The notes under the pieces: generated by a model
Seen by the model: only the letters and a program-made list of their open reading frames with translations
Database searches by the model: none
What the model was told of the DNA's origin: nothing
Translations under genes and position numbers: made by a program
Part shown: positions 1 to 12,171 of the stretch, in pieces
Layout: each line of letters starts with the position of its first letter
How positions within the stretch are numbered: the stretch's first letter is position 1
Source: Callorhinchus milii
Taxonomy: Eukaryota
Assembly: GCF_018977255.1 (NCBI RefSeq)
Contig: NW_024704743.1
Location: forward strand, 98,954,001-99,018,000
Direction: 5' to 3'
DNA: 64,000 bases

Positions 1-929
1 AAAGTTATCTCTGCTGTGAGAATACAGCAGAGGATTTTTGCATTGCAGAATAAAATACATTGCTATTGAAGGGAAGCTGAAACTGAACTGACTATACTTT
101 TACATGGAATTCTGTGTTGTAATTGATTGTGGTGCCATAGAATAGGGTCATTCTCTCAATAAAGCAATCCAACTCCTTCTATTGTAGCGTTTTGCTGATC
201 CTGGATTCACTTGGAAGCAGGGGTCAGGAAGGACAGATGATGGATAGGGATACCAGCCTCTGTCTTTGCAGGAAGTCTGTGAAGGATGGTGGCCTCTGTT
301 TCCTAAGATGTTTTGTTGGTTTGTCTTGTTTGAATCTTAAGTGACAAGTTTAAACTATCCAAGAAACACAGAGTGACTTTAGAACAGATCAGCACTGCCA
401 GCAGCGATGGAAGGAGCTGCCAGCAAGTTGGCTATTTATCGTTGACTCTGGAGAAAATTCACATTATGTGGATATGGTACATTGATCATCCGATCCTTTT
501 GAAAATTTAATTGTAGGCTTCATTGCTTAGAAAATTACAGTTTCTGCCTCAACTTCTAAGTGCTCGTTAGAATTCACAAACTTTTTTTTAAAACTTCCTC
601 CAAATGCTGAACTAAATAGACACACCTGAAAGTAAACTATCTTTGGACAAGTATTATGTGAGAACAATTTATTTGACTCCTCATTGACATTTACAGTACA
701 ATATTTTATTTAATTTCATAAACTGTTAGAAGGAAGTTTAGTCAGTGAGGTAAATGGAAACTGTCACACTCTTGCAAGAGTTGTTGGTCTCCTAGGGTTA
801 CGGTTAATTAATAAAGAAAGCTTTACAATGCATCAAACTCAGTGATGGCCATCCTTTACGGTGGGTCAACAAAAATATTTCTTGATTTATTTCTTGATGC
901 CACAAGTTGGCTACCACTGATCCTAACAT

Positions 930-1522
930 CCTATATCCACCGCCACCCCCACATCACCTCTCCCTCATGACCCACCCCCCACCCATCCCCCCTATACTCC
1001 TTCGACCCTATCTCTTCCTCCTCCCTCACCGCCATCGTTCGCAAACTCAAACCCACCACTTGCTCCCTCGATCCCATCCCCACCTCTCTCCTCATCTCCC
1101 AGCTCCACCTTCTGCCCCCCCCCCTCCTGTCCGACGTTATCAATCTCTCCTTGTCCACTGGCTCAGTTCCCACCCCCCTAAAAACAGCTGTCATCACCCC
1201 ACCATCCTGAAAAAATCTTCCCGGGATCCATCCCTCCTCTCCAGCTACCGCCCTATTTCTAACCTCTCATTCCTCTCCAAGGTCCTGGAACGAGTCGTCG
1301 CGTCCCAGCTCCGCTCCTTTCTCTCTCGCCATTCCCTCTTTGAACCCCTCCAATCCGGCTTCCACGCTGCCCATAGCCCGGAAACAGCCCTGGTCAAAGT
1401 CACTAATGACATTCTGAACATCTGTGATCAGGGCTCCCTCTGCCTCCTTGTCCTCCTCAACCTCTCTTCCGCCTTCGACACTGTCAATCACTCCATCCTC
1501 ATACACCGCCTCTCCGCTTTAC

Positions 1523-1560
<38 letters not shown>

Positions 1561-2492
1561 CTTCGCGGATCTGCCTGGTTCGATTCCTGTCTCTCTCACT
1601 GTCTCCACTTCGTTGCCTCTAACGGTTTCTCCTCCAGCCCCCGCACTGTCACATCTGGCGTCCCCGAGGACTCTGTCCTTGGCCCTCTCCTCTTTAATAT
1701 CTACATGCTCCCCCTTGGTGACATCATTCACAGACATGGGGTCAACTTCCACACGTATGCAGATGACACCCAACTCTATCTTTCTGCCTCCACCCTCAAC
1801 TCCAGGACCACTGCTGTCCTGACGGACTGTCTGTCGGACATCAAGTCCTGGATGAGGGCAAATTTCCTACAGTTGAATGTGGACAAGACTGAGGCCCTCC
1901 TGATTGGCTCACGCCAGCGCCTCAGCACCTCAGGCTCTGGCAGCATCAACCTCCATGGTTGCACACTACAACTCACCAAGTCAGTCAGGAACCTAGGTGT
2001 CTTGTTCGACCCTCAACGGTCTTTACTCCCACACATTCAAGCCATGACCCACTCTGCCTTCCCTCACCTCTGTAAATCGCCCAACCTCTGCCACTACCTC
2101 ACCCCTCAGGCCGCTGAAACTCTTGTTCATGCCTTCATCACCTCCAGGCTCGACTATGCAAACGTCCTGCTTGTCGGCCTTTCCAACTTTCCAACTCCAC
2201 GTTCCCCGACCCACCCGCCCCACCAAAGGCGGGAGAGCCTTCAGCCACTCTGTTCCCAACTTCTGGAATTCCTCCCCCAATCACTCCGCCTCGCCCCCTC
2301 CTTAGCCTCCTTCAAGTCCCACTTCAAAACCCTCCTCTTTGACCATGCCATCGGTCACCCCCCTTCCCCTCCCTTCCCTTTTCCCCCCCAACCCCAGCTC
2401 GAGTCTGAAATGCTGTACTCTGTCCAGCGCCTTGGGTCATCCTCCCGATGTGAAAGGCTCTATACAAACGTAATCTTCTTCTTGTTGTATGT
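930..2492 (+). mobile_element. L2-clade LINE, 5'-truncated, RT region and 3' end
   Basis: [43 protein letters not shown]; 3' stem-loop and TTG tail; 9-bp TSD TCCTAACAT (921-929, 2493-2501); about 250-nt internal deletion near 2190 relative to the 12540 copy. Confidence 0.93.
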
Positions 2493-2637
2493 TCCTAACA
2501 TGTTGAGCTTTTGACGCTGTCACTGAATGTGTCCATTTCCCAGCATTATTATCCCTTATCTTGAGGAATAACTTCACCAAAACAACATTCTATTGTGAGT
2601 GAAACAAGATCAATATTGTTGATATTGAATCTGAATA

Positions 2638-2950
2638 TATAATAATAATAATCCCTGCATTAGATATAGTGCATTATCACGTCTGTGAGACGTCTCAAAA
2701 CGCTGCACAGAGTATACAGTAAAGTGAATTGACTGTATTTTGGGGGCGAACACAGCAGCCAGTTTGCACACAGGATTTATCCCACAAACAGCTATGAAGT
2801 GAATGCCAATTTTATTTGGGGGATTGTTGGCGAAGACATCAAGAGAAATTCTTTTTTCGAATAGTATCATGGTGTCTTTAACATCTCATCTGAAGGATAA
2901 CTCCAATAGTGCAACGCCATCCCAGTATCATTGGGCTATCTGCACCGATG
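2638..2950 (-). mobile_element. Older Deu-domain SINE (SacSINE1-like), partial
   Basis: Reverse-strand (TTA) tail, L2-type 3' end and Deu core gcagccagtttgcacacagga...cccacaaacagc. Confidence 0.75.
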
Positions 2951-4020
2951 TTTTCCAGATTAATGCCTTTTCAACCACATTGTATGGAATTAAAAGGTTC
3001 AGCAGCTAAACTATTTAATTTTATCTTGTGTTTTCAAAATGCAATTTTGTTTGTTTTACCCTTATATCAAATCGAAGAGCTGAAGCCTCTTCATCACTCT
3101 CTGATTTATGCAGCATGTGATATTTTCATGGGCTGAGATGCCTCTATTGAATCCCTTTCTTTTCCACAACTGAGGAGGTTTCTTGGTTTGGCAACCTGAG
3201 AGTCATTTTACAAATGTCTTTGTGCAGATCAAGGCAGAGATTGTCCTGGTTGCTTGATTGTCTCATGTCATGTGCTAAATTCTGCATTGGCCGTGTGCTA
3301 AAATGTTGTTAGAAAGCTCAATCCCATGCTTCATTTCTCGCCTCCACGTGGTGTGTAACTAACTATTCCTTGTTGTTGCAAAATTGCCTACCAGCAGGAT
3401 CTCAGAATATTCAAAAGCCAGTGTGAGTCTAATCAGATTTTGTGGTGTGAAGCTTTGTTTTTTCTTCTAATGAAGGGCATACAATGAACTTGTCATTAGG
3501 TGAACAATACCATTGGTTTAGATGGAGCACAGGGATTTGTCCATGTGTTTGCTTTCTCCCTGTGCATTGCTGAAAGTGCATAATCTGACCTTTCCTCGGG
3601 ACAATCCTTTTGTAAGCACTAATTTCGTAGCACATTGCTAAATGAGAAGAAATTGCTGTCAAACCTGTCTTTTAGAAATGATGTCTTTATCCAAATTATC
3701 TGTGGTTTTTACATGATGGCATTTCTGAAGTGAACCTGCAACATGAAAACAATACAAAATGGAAGCCTTTCCTTTGAAACCATTCCCAGCCCCTTTGAAA
3801 GTGGTTATCTTTCTTTTGGTTCCAATGGCACTCTGCCCAAAGAGACCGTTTATGAAAAAATTGCCAAATAGATCTTTATCCCGTTCTCTGGAGAACAGAT
3901 AGCCAGCCCAGCTGCAAGCCAGTCTTGCTATACATGCATTTTGCACACATCTCCCGTGATTCACTCTTGACAAAGAAACTGGATTTTGTGTAAATATCAG
4001 GAACATGCCGGAACTTCACA

Positions 4021-4035
4021 AGGTCATACTGACCT
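4021..4035. promoter_or_regulatory. Perfect palindromic estrogen response element (IR3)
   Basis: AGGTCA-tac-TGACCT, exact consensus, outside any recognised repeat; function untested. Confidence 0.7.
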
Positions 4036-4281
4036 CTCTGTCAGCGTCTCTGCCTATTGATTGACTCATATCAAAGGTTCATTTAACTGGTGACAAAGGT
4101 AACTTGTGGTTAATAGACTATCTAAATAACTTGTAGGTGGAGGTGGTGCCTCAGACCATCACACGGAAAGAGATGTCGCTGTGTGTATGTGTTTGTAATA
4201 AAGTCCGGGAATCGTGTGACACCAGGAGATAAACAGTGCAGCTGAAATTAATTCACCTCTAGCAAAGAGGTGAAATGCATT

Positions 4282-4594
4282 TAATAATAATAATAATAAT
4301 AATCCTTGCATTTGATATTGCGCTTTTCACATCGGGAGGACGTCCCAAAGCGCTTCACAGAACACACTGTAAAGTGAATTGACTGTATATTTGTGGGCGA
4401 ACACGGCAGCCAATTGCGCACAGCAATGTCCCACAAACAGTCGTAGATTGAAAATGACCAATTTATTATTTTTTGTTTTGGAGGGATTATTATTAGGTGT
4501 GTGGAGTAAGGAAACTTGCCCAAGGCTTCGCCCTGCCTGGAATTGAACTCAGGTCTCTCGCTTGCAAAGCGAGTGCTCTAACCACTGAGCTACA
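4282..4594 (-). mobile_element. Young tRNA-headed Deu-domain SINE, near full length
   Basis: Reverse complement closely matches the 50129 copy: tRNA head, Deu core, L2-like tail, (TTA)n. Confidence 0.92.
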
Positions 4595-4629
4595 TATACA
4601 TGGTCATATGCATAACTACGATAAGGTTT

Positions 4630-4743
4630 CCTTCCACCCACAAAATATACAAACAATCCACTTTACAATATATTCTGTAAAGAGCTTTAAGACGTCGCAA
4701 CAACATGATAAGGCGCTATATCAAATGCAAGGATTATTATTAA
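4630..4743 (+). mobile_element. SINE 3' fragment (inverted relative to 4282-4594)
   Basis: aggcgctatatcaaatgcaaggattattatt tail. Similar tail fragments occur near 6630-6726 (+), 11615-11775 (-), 20005-20155 (+), 26153-26310 (-) and 55425-55560 (+). Confidence 0.8.
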
Positions 4744-5207
4744 GAAAAGTGTTAGTATATCTCACCAGTTTTACTCCAAAATTGCTTACCGCCATTCTCT
4801 TGACTATGAATTATCGCAGGTTATTCTGTTAATTGTGGATGGTTATTTTGGTAACAGTTCCGTGACGATTTTGTGTTGTGTTTGATGTATTGAAACCTTC
4901 TGCAGTCCAGCAGCATAGTTTAAAGAAATGAGCCTGATGTTGGTGGAATTGAAAATAATGTATGCAAATACCTTCAAAATGTTGGATTAAAGACGTCTTG
5001 TAAAGTAAGATTTATGAGGCTTGCAACTGAAGCATATGGTTTTAAAACCAGAGAACAAATAGATCCAACGGAAATCCTAAATGAAGGAAGGCTTTCAGTG
5101 CAGGTTGTTCAAAGAAAAATGTCGATCAGAGCCCAGAGGCAGCAGGAACTTGTGCATACACATCAATCGAGTCAAGGGCCTGTTGTCTCTTGTTCATTCT
5201 CCTACAG

Positions 5208-5400
5208 ATAGTGTGCTCCTTTTAATATCCAGCCACACAGCCAGAACTCAGCTCTATTACCACACCGGTCAGTGTCTCCTGTTGTCTTGGCAATGAGCAA
5301 GTCCCTTCAAATACTGCCAGCAGTGAGCTGCAGTCAAACAACACTATAGCCCTCTCTCCTCCTCCTCCCCTCCCCTGGAATGAAACTTGCAAATGATGAG
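5208..5400 (+). other. Candidate upstream 5' UTR / alternative first exon (193 nt)
   Basis: Acceptor tgtctcttgttcattctcctacag| and donor GAG|gtacgt in unique sequence; no transcript evidence. Confidence 0.4.
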
Positions 5401-8400
5401 GTACGTTTCTGTGTTGAGGTAACTCAGTCTGTGAGTCTCTCTTTGTAGCTGAATACGGCAGATCCAGTCTGGAATAAAAGAATGTAAACCAGTATGATTG
5501 GAAGGTTTTGGCTACTCCATACCATTACGAACTTTGGATTGGATTCTTACAGTTCAGATACAGGTTTAACGCCATGGTTTACTTGCATTGATCTACAATG
5601 AGCTTCCACGAGGAGATGCAGAATTTTAAAATGCCCGAGAAATGTAACAAATGATTTAACCCAATGTTAAACCCACATTCTCACGGGTGATGGGGATAGT
5701 TGCTGCTTGCCACAACATCATTTGCCTCTGCATGCTCTGCTGGCTTCCTGTGGATAATCCTAACCATCAAACAGCCGTGTCTTCATTACTGGCTCCAGCA
5801 ATGGCATTCAGCTGGAATGCTGACTTTGTTTGCTGGTTTAACAGAGTAAGTGCCTTTATTTTCTCTTCTTTCCCCCCCCCCACCCCCGGGTCATCTGGAA
5901 TCCTCAGTAATGTGATTTGCACAGCATGTAACCGTGGCTGCTCAGAAGTGAATTGCACTCTGTCTTACCCACCCTGGTTACTAATGACTGGGCTTTTGGG
6001 GGGATGGGGTCTGTTATTTTCTGTTTTCTAAAATAAAACAACTATAAACTGAACGCATCTTTAGTATTTGATCGTTTCTCATCAGATATCTACAATAAGG
6101 TCTATGTTGACCTTGCAAATTTCATAAAACCAGCAATATAGCTATAAAAAAGTTACATTTTGATAAGATGATATTGCAGACCATGAACGAGAAACTTACG
6201 TTCTACATATTATGACTCTCTCTTCAGTTAGAAACACTTACCTGTTTTCTAAATCCAGCTAAAATGTGAATGAAAACGAACAATGAGCAATCCCTTTGTC
6301 CTTTTCAGAGATCTCTAGCTGCTGTAAGAGCTCAGGTTGAGACCTGCAGTTAACATTGTGTTTTTTGACCTTTATGTGTGTGTTTCCTTCTAGCCCCTGA
6401 AAGCTATTGTTGGTCATATACATTACTAAAATAGGGATGTAGAAAAATCCACTTTTCTTATTTACAGTTGGATTCAGAAACTGAGCCAACAATGGTAGGG
6501 AAGCTATTCCATCTGGGTTCAGATCAACTCTTATCTTTGTAACATTTCAGAGCATCCAAAATTCTTAAAACCTGGTATTAATTTTTGAGTTTTTTGTTAG
6601 TTTATTTTAAGAACTGTAGAAAACCGGCTACACAGTCAATTCACTTTACAGTATATTCTGTGAAGTGCTTTGAGACGTGGAAGATGTGAGAAGGTGCTAT
6701 ACCAAATGCAAGGATTATTATTATTACAGCATTAAGACTCAACCCAACAATTCACCAAATTTCTGGACTCTCTAAAATGCTACATAAAGAAAGTAAATCT
6801 AAATCCATGTGAAATTTCTCCCCAAGGATCATTTTGGTTTCCATCATTTGCCTAGAACATGAGAATTTGATGTAACATTGAACTGGGAAAAGAACAACAA
6901 ATATAAATTAACTGGGACTGTTACACCAAAATGCCTTTTGACATTTGATTGTTTTTGACCACGGAGCATGTGGCCCTGCAGAATGACTTAAAACACAACG
7001 TCTTGTTTAGTCTTGGGGTGGAGGCTTCCGAGCTAGAAGTCACATGGTTCTTTAGTCGTCCGCTCATTTGAAGGACGACATGTGGATGAAGATTAAAAAC
7101 GGGAGTTGTTGAAGGTCCAAACATTTCCGGAGCTTTAGATCTGCAGAGTGAACAGTTTGATGAAATATTGCTTACAAACTTGGCGATTCAACAAGAGGAA
7201 GAAAGGAACAAACCAGCACATAAATCACTACTTATCTCCTCCTCCTCATTATTTAAATGTAACAAACCCTGAGTTTATATGAAGTCTTTTTTTGGAGGGG
7301 GAGGGAGAGGTGGGGGTGGGGAGGAGAAGAGACTTTTGAAGTGCAAATGGAGTCTTGAAGGGTAAAACCATTCAGACGGACATTTTGAAAGATATCTGCT
7401 TTATTTTAAAGACTGAATGTGATTGAGCTTAGGTTCTGTCTTGTTTTTGCTTCAGTGGGCAGTGTGGACCATAGTGGGGAGGAGGGAGTGCACTCTCTGC
7501 ACATATTGTGATTCCATTCTGTCTGAAACAGTTCATTTGAACCTGGCCACTTCCTGCAGCTCAGGCCAAGAACACTGTCCCAGCAAATGTTACGTTTTAG
7601 TGTTTATCTCCATTTAGTATAGCTTACTCTACAGCAAGTCCCGCAGTACCTCATTTTTTCTTGTTTGTTAAAATTAAAAGATTTTAATTCTAACGTTCAC
7701 ATAGCACTATCGAAAAGCCGAAGGGAGAAGTGGAGACTTGTTGGCACTCCTCAATTATTCAGTTCACAGCTGTTGTGGGACATTGTTGTTTTTTTAAAAT
7801 CCCTCATTCTCTTTCAATAGATCTGACCACCTTGGCATTTCTTTGTAAAAAGTGTGGTAAATAAATAACAAAGTGCTTGTTCTAAATTATTGAAGTTTCC
7901 ATTTTTCTGAAATGAGATTTGCCCTGTAAATCGGGGAACACAGCGTTCAGTAGTTGGCAGTTTGAACACAACATTTGTAGTGAAATATGATGTTTCCAAT
8001 CTCTTAAAATGAAAATTGTAAATTTCTGCCCATAACTCATCCAGCAGGTCAGAGTGTATAAGTCAGCACGGAATCATCTTCACCAACTGGAGGAAGAAAC
8101 AAAAGGCTTACATTTTATTGCCTTTTATCACAAACAAATGTGGCCTGGTATTTCACAGGGAATTACTGTCAAGTGTAGTGACTGTATTTGTAGGCAACAG
8201 CCTTTTGCACCAGTAGGGTCCCATACATAGCCATGTGAATGATTAATTAGGAGGATTTGGAATCCTTTATGTTGTGACTAGTTTTACAAGAGTAACTTAA
8301 GGAGAAATTTAAAAAGATATTCTAAAAGCTTTGAATGTCAGAGAATGACTTGGCTAACAATAATTCTGATTTTACTGTGCTCTTTGCAAAAGATGCCACT

Positions 8401-10769
8401 GTATGCAGAGTGTTTCTGTCTCCATTTGAAAGTCAAGTGGAAACAGTTTAGTGCAGGCAGATCTAGGCACTCCTGCTTTCTGAGCATTACAAACTCTCTT
8501 CATGTACAAACATTTGGCTTTGTGCACAAACACATGGTATAGCTACAGACTCACAGTCACTGCACTTGACAGCAATTACCAATAAAGTGCTTTGAGACAT
8601 TTTGACATGGTAGACAATATATCAAAGCCAAAGATTATTATTTTTTACTCTGATTTGGTAATTACATCCTATCTAGACTGGCAAAACTAAATTGTGGAAA
8701 TTGTAGGAAATTTGATAAACAAATGGAAAATGCTTGATGCTGGGTTGTTGTGCTATGAGGAATGAAGTATTGCTCCAAGCAAGCAGTTTGGCAATTTAGA
8801 GTGAGAAACTTTGTTTATACTCCTCACCATATCGAGAGTGGGTCAAAAAATAAAATTTCTTGATTTTCAAGTTCTGTGCAAACACTAAGCTATGGCATAG
8901 CAGTGGCATATGCTTGCAGAAGTTTGTTTCCTCTTTGTCACCAACAGTGGTCCACAAAAGGGTTGGTAATCGCAGGCACAAACCCACAGCACATTACTGA
9001 GGGGGTGTGTTGGTGCATTTTGCTTCCCGAATGTCGTTTGGTGAAAGTCGTTTCACAGATGTAATTTGTTGTTGTTTGGTTGGAGGAGAGGAACGAAGGT
9101 ATTACAATACGCCATGAGGTATCGTTTCTATTTTCGCTTGGTGATCACGGATTTATTTCTTGTTTCCTTTCTCTTTGGGCTGTGCTACATTGTAGAATGT
9201 GCTGTCCATTGGATGAGGCGCTAAACTGAGGACCCATCTGGCTGCTCAGGTGGACATTAAAGATAAAGTAAAAATGTGAGCTTTACTTCTCCTTGTCTAA
9301 TCTTGAAGTTGAAGTGGTGCCTTTGCTTTTGAGCTCCCGGAGGTGATATTGGCTTTTGTTCGCTCAGCCATGCAGTCCTCTCTCAGAGCATCTGTCACTG
9401 CAGTGCGAGTATTACAAGATGAATGACTCCCAAGTGAGCTGTTCTTTCGAGCAAATGGTGGAAATGGAAACTAGAAGGAGACAGCAGTGTGTGAGTGAAG
9501 AGAGAGCATGGAAAAAAAATCACAGTTGAAGTTTATGGTGCAGCTGTGAAGTTTCAGTGTAACAAAGACTGATTGCGATATTGACAGCATGTGCAGGGTG
9601 AAGAAAATGCTCTGAAGTTTGCAGCAACTATATGAGCGGGGGAGGTGGGGGTGCTCGGAGGGTAGAGAGACAGAGAGAAAGAATAGGCATACACTTGAAA
9701 TGTCTGTGGGTAGCTTAACAGCCTCGAAGAGGGGGATGGGTGTCGGAAGATGACAGATATCGGATGGGGAAGGTAAGCTGGTTAGCACTGGATTCATTCA
9801 GATGTGTGCATTTAGGGTAATTGTAGCTGCATAACCTTGAACCAATGTTCGTAGAGGGGCTTCAGCTACCAACTGAGTCAAACCACTACAAGCTTCTTCA
9901 CTGATGGTTTATAGCTTCCCATATCCTCTGGAAAAAGCTACCTTAGCCTGATGGAGGCTTTTCCAGAAAGGGATGGATGCGTAAAGATTCAATCTGACAA
10001 GTGTCTTGGATGATCTCCTACAGATACTCCTCTAGCTTCTTTGCATGGTGTAATACAATATTTGTTATTTGCAAGTCATATAAAATCCGACTTATACATA
10101 ACTATATATATATAGTATATATATACATATATATGATATGACTTATGCAAGTTTGACACAACTCATACTTTGCATAAGTCAAATTAAATGTATGGCCCCA
10201 ACTGATTCGATTTATGTGAGGTTTCTGTATAGGTTTGAAACGTTCATCCAAAAACAACCATTTGCATTTGTATAGCACCCTTCACGCATATAGCATCTCA
10301 GATGTTCATCCAGGGCAGTAATGCTGTTTGTGACTGTGCGTACAGTGTTCATTCTTTGTTTTATTAATGCTTATTTCTCCTCGGGAACCTGGCCAAAGTG
10401 TACCGCAACATCACAGGGGATTTTGTGCTATGTTACGTTTTTTTTTGATGTGGTTGATTTATCGGCATCCTTCCACAGTTCTTCCGAAATGTGCAACAGG
10501 GTGAGATCAACAGACCAAAGCTTCAGTTGGTGATTAAGAGAATGAGAGCGGAGGGGAACCTGGCATATGCAATTTACTGAAAGGGTGGCTGATTAACCAG
10601 GCTAGTTTGACTATTCTTTTATGAAGTGCCACATCTAAGGCTATTTATATTGAGTTGTCTGGCATGTCACTGAGAATAGACTTGACAAAGCGGCTGATAA
10701 TTTCATAAGATCATAACAAAGCATAGAACAAGAAAAGTTGTTCACCCACTTCCATCAAGCCTACTCCTT

Positions 10770-10989
10770 CCGTGCCTTCAGCTCCCCTCTCGACTCTCTT
10801 CCCCCTCCTCGCTCCCTCCCTTCCCTCCCCTCACCCTGACCATTTCCCCCCTCCTTGCTCCCTCCCTTCCCTCACCCTGACCATTTCCCCCCTGCTCGGG
10901 TCATGACCCAACTGTGCAGCGCCTTGGGACGTCCTCCTGACGTGAAAGGCGCTTTATAAATGGAATCTTGTTGTTGTTGTTGTTGTTGT
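10770..10989 (+). mobile_element. L2 3' end with internal tandem duplication of about 45 bp
   Basis: Matches 53640-53808; ctcc(t/c)...ccctgaccatttccccc occurs twice; (TTG)n tail. Confidence 0.88.
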
Positions 10990-11074
10990 ACGAGGTCACT
11001 GCCAAAAGAGCCAAGCTAGTGTCCTTCCGATGTGAAAGACACTATATACACGTCATTTTGTTGTTGGTTGTTCT

Positions 11075-11485
11075 TAGGTAACACTCTTGCGTTTGGGTTG
11101 GAAACTTGTGGGTTCAAAACCCACATCATCTGTATGTGTAGAGGTGGAGTAGTTAAGCTCATAGTCCATGTTGACACACTGATGTAGGACATGAATTTTG
11201 CAGGTGCTGTCCTTCAGATGAAATGTTATGGTGCCTATAACACTATTCAAAAAGTGAAGGGAGTTTTTTTCCAATATCTGGTCTACAGATACATTGGATG
11301 TTTCTCTTCATGGCTCTTTGTGGGACCTTTCTGTGTTCACAATTGCCGCTGTATTCACACTTGCCGCTGTGTTCACACTTGCTGATGTGTTCACACTTGC
11401 ACTGTGTTCAACTGCAAAAACACTCATTCCATTTGACAGTAATCACTGTGAAGCATTTTGTGATGTTTCAATGTGATAAGGCACT
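11075..11485 (+). mobile_element. Older Deu-domain SINE (SacSINE1-like) containing an 18-bp minisatellite
   Basis: Head ggtaacactctt...gtgggttcaaa, body ggtgctgtccttcagatgaaatgtta, Deu core tttgtgggacctttctgtg, tail gtgaagcattttg. Confidence 0.7.
11331..11410 (+). repeat. 18-bp tandem repeat, about 4.5 copies
   Basis: Unit ctgtgttcacacttgccg starting at 11331, 11349, 11367, 11385 and 11402. Confidence 0.9.
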
Positions 11486-12171
11486 GTAAAAACCCGAGTT
11501 CTTTATTTGAAGAAGAAAAACTATTCTTCATCCCCTGTTTGTGCACTTTGGTGTCTCCTGTGGAGCTGAATTCTTTGACTCACCATGGGTTGTTGATGAT
11601 GATGATGCTAATAACAATAATGATAATCCTTATATTTGTTATAGAGCCTTTCACATCAGGAGAACGTCTCAAAGCACTTCACAGATAAACCGTAAAATGA
11701 AATGACTGTGTCTTGTGGATGAATGAGCAGCCAATTTGCACAGTAGTCCCACAAACAGCAATGAAGTGAATGACCATGGAACCGTAGACATTTATAGCAG
11801 GGACGAAAACCATTCAGCCCATTATCTCCATGCTGGCATATTAAATGCCTCACTCTCTTCCACAGTAGACATGGATTTATTACTCAACAAGTTTTCCACT
11901 TTCTTTTCCCTCTTTCCGCTTCATTTTCCCCAGCACGCAGAACTATCTGATCTTCATTAGCTGAAAACATTTCAACGTATAAACTCAGAGAGGTTGCCCA
12001 AACTCACACTTTGGTTTGCTAGAATAATGGAGAGGTTTATAAGAGTGATGCAACATTGGGAAGGGACAGACCACCAATGTCAGTGCCTTTACTAAACAGT
12101 GAGTATGTGGCTCTTGGGTAAGAAATTGAGGAACGTCATTATTACCACCTCCTCTTTCTCCTCCTCTGAGG

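Noticed and set aside
907..2514. 535-aa ORF with a YADD motif as an intact or domesticated reverse transcriptase
   Set aside because: Starts at TTG outside the element, lacks the endonuclease, has an out-of-frame N-terminus, a poly-Ile insert, damaged motifs (PED for PQG, LLN for LLD) and an internal deletion; it is a decaying L2 copy.
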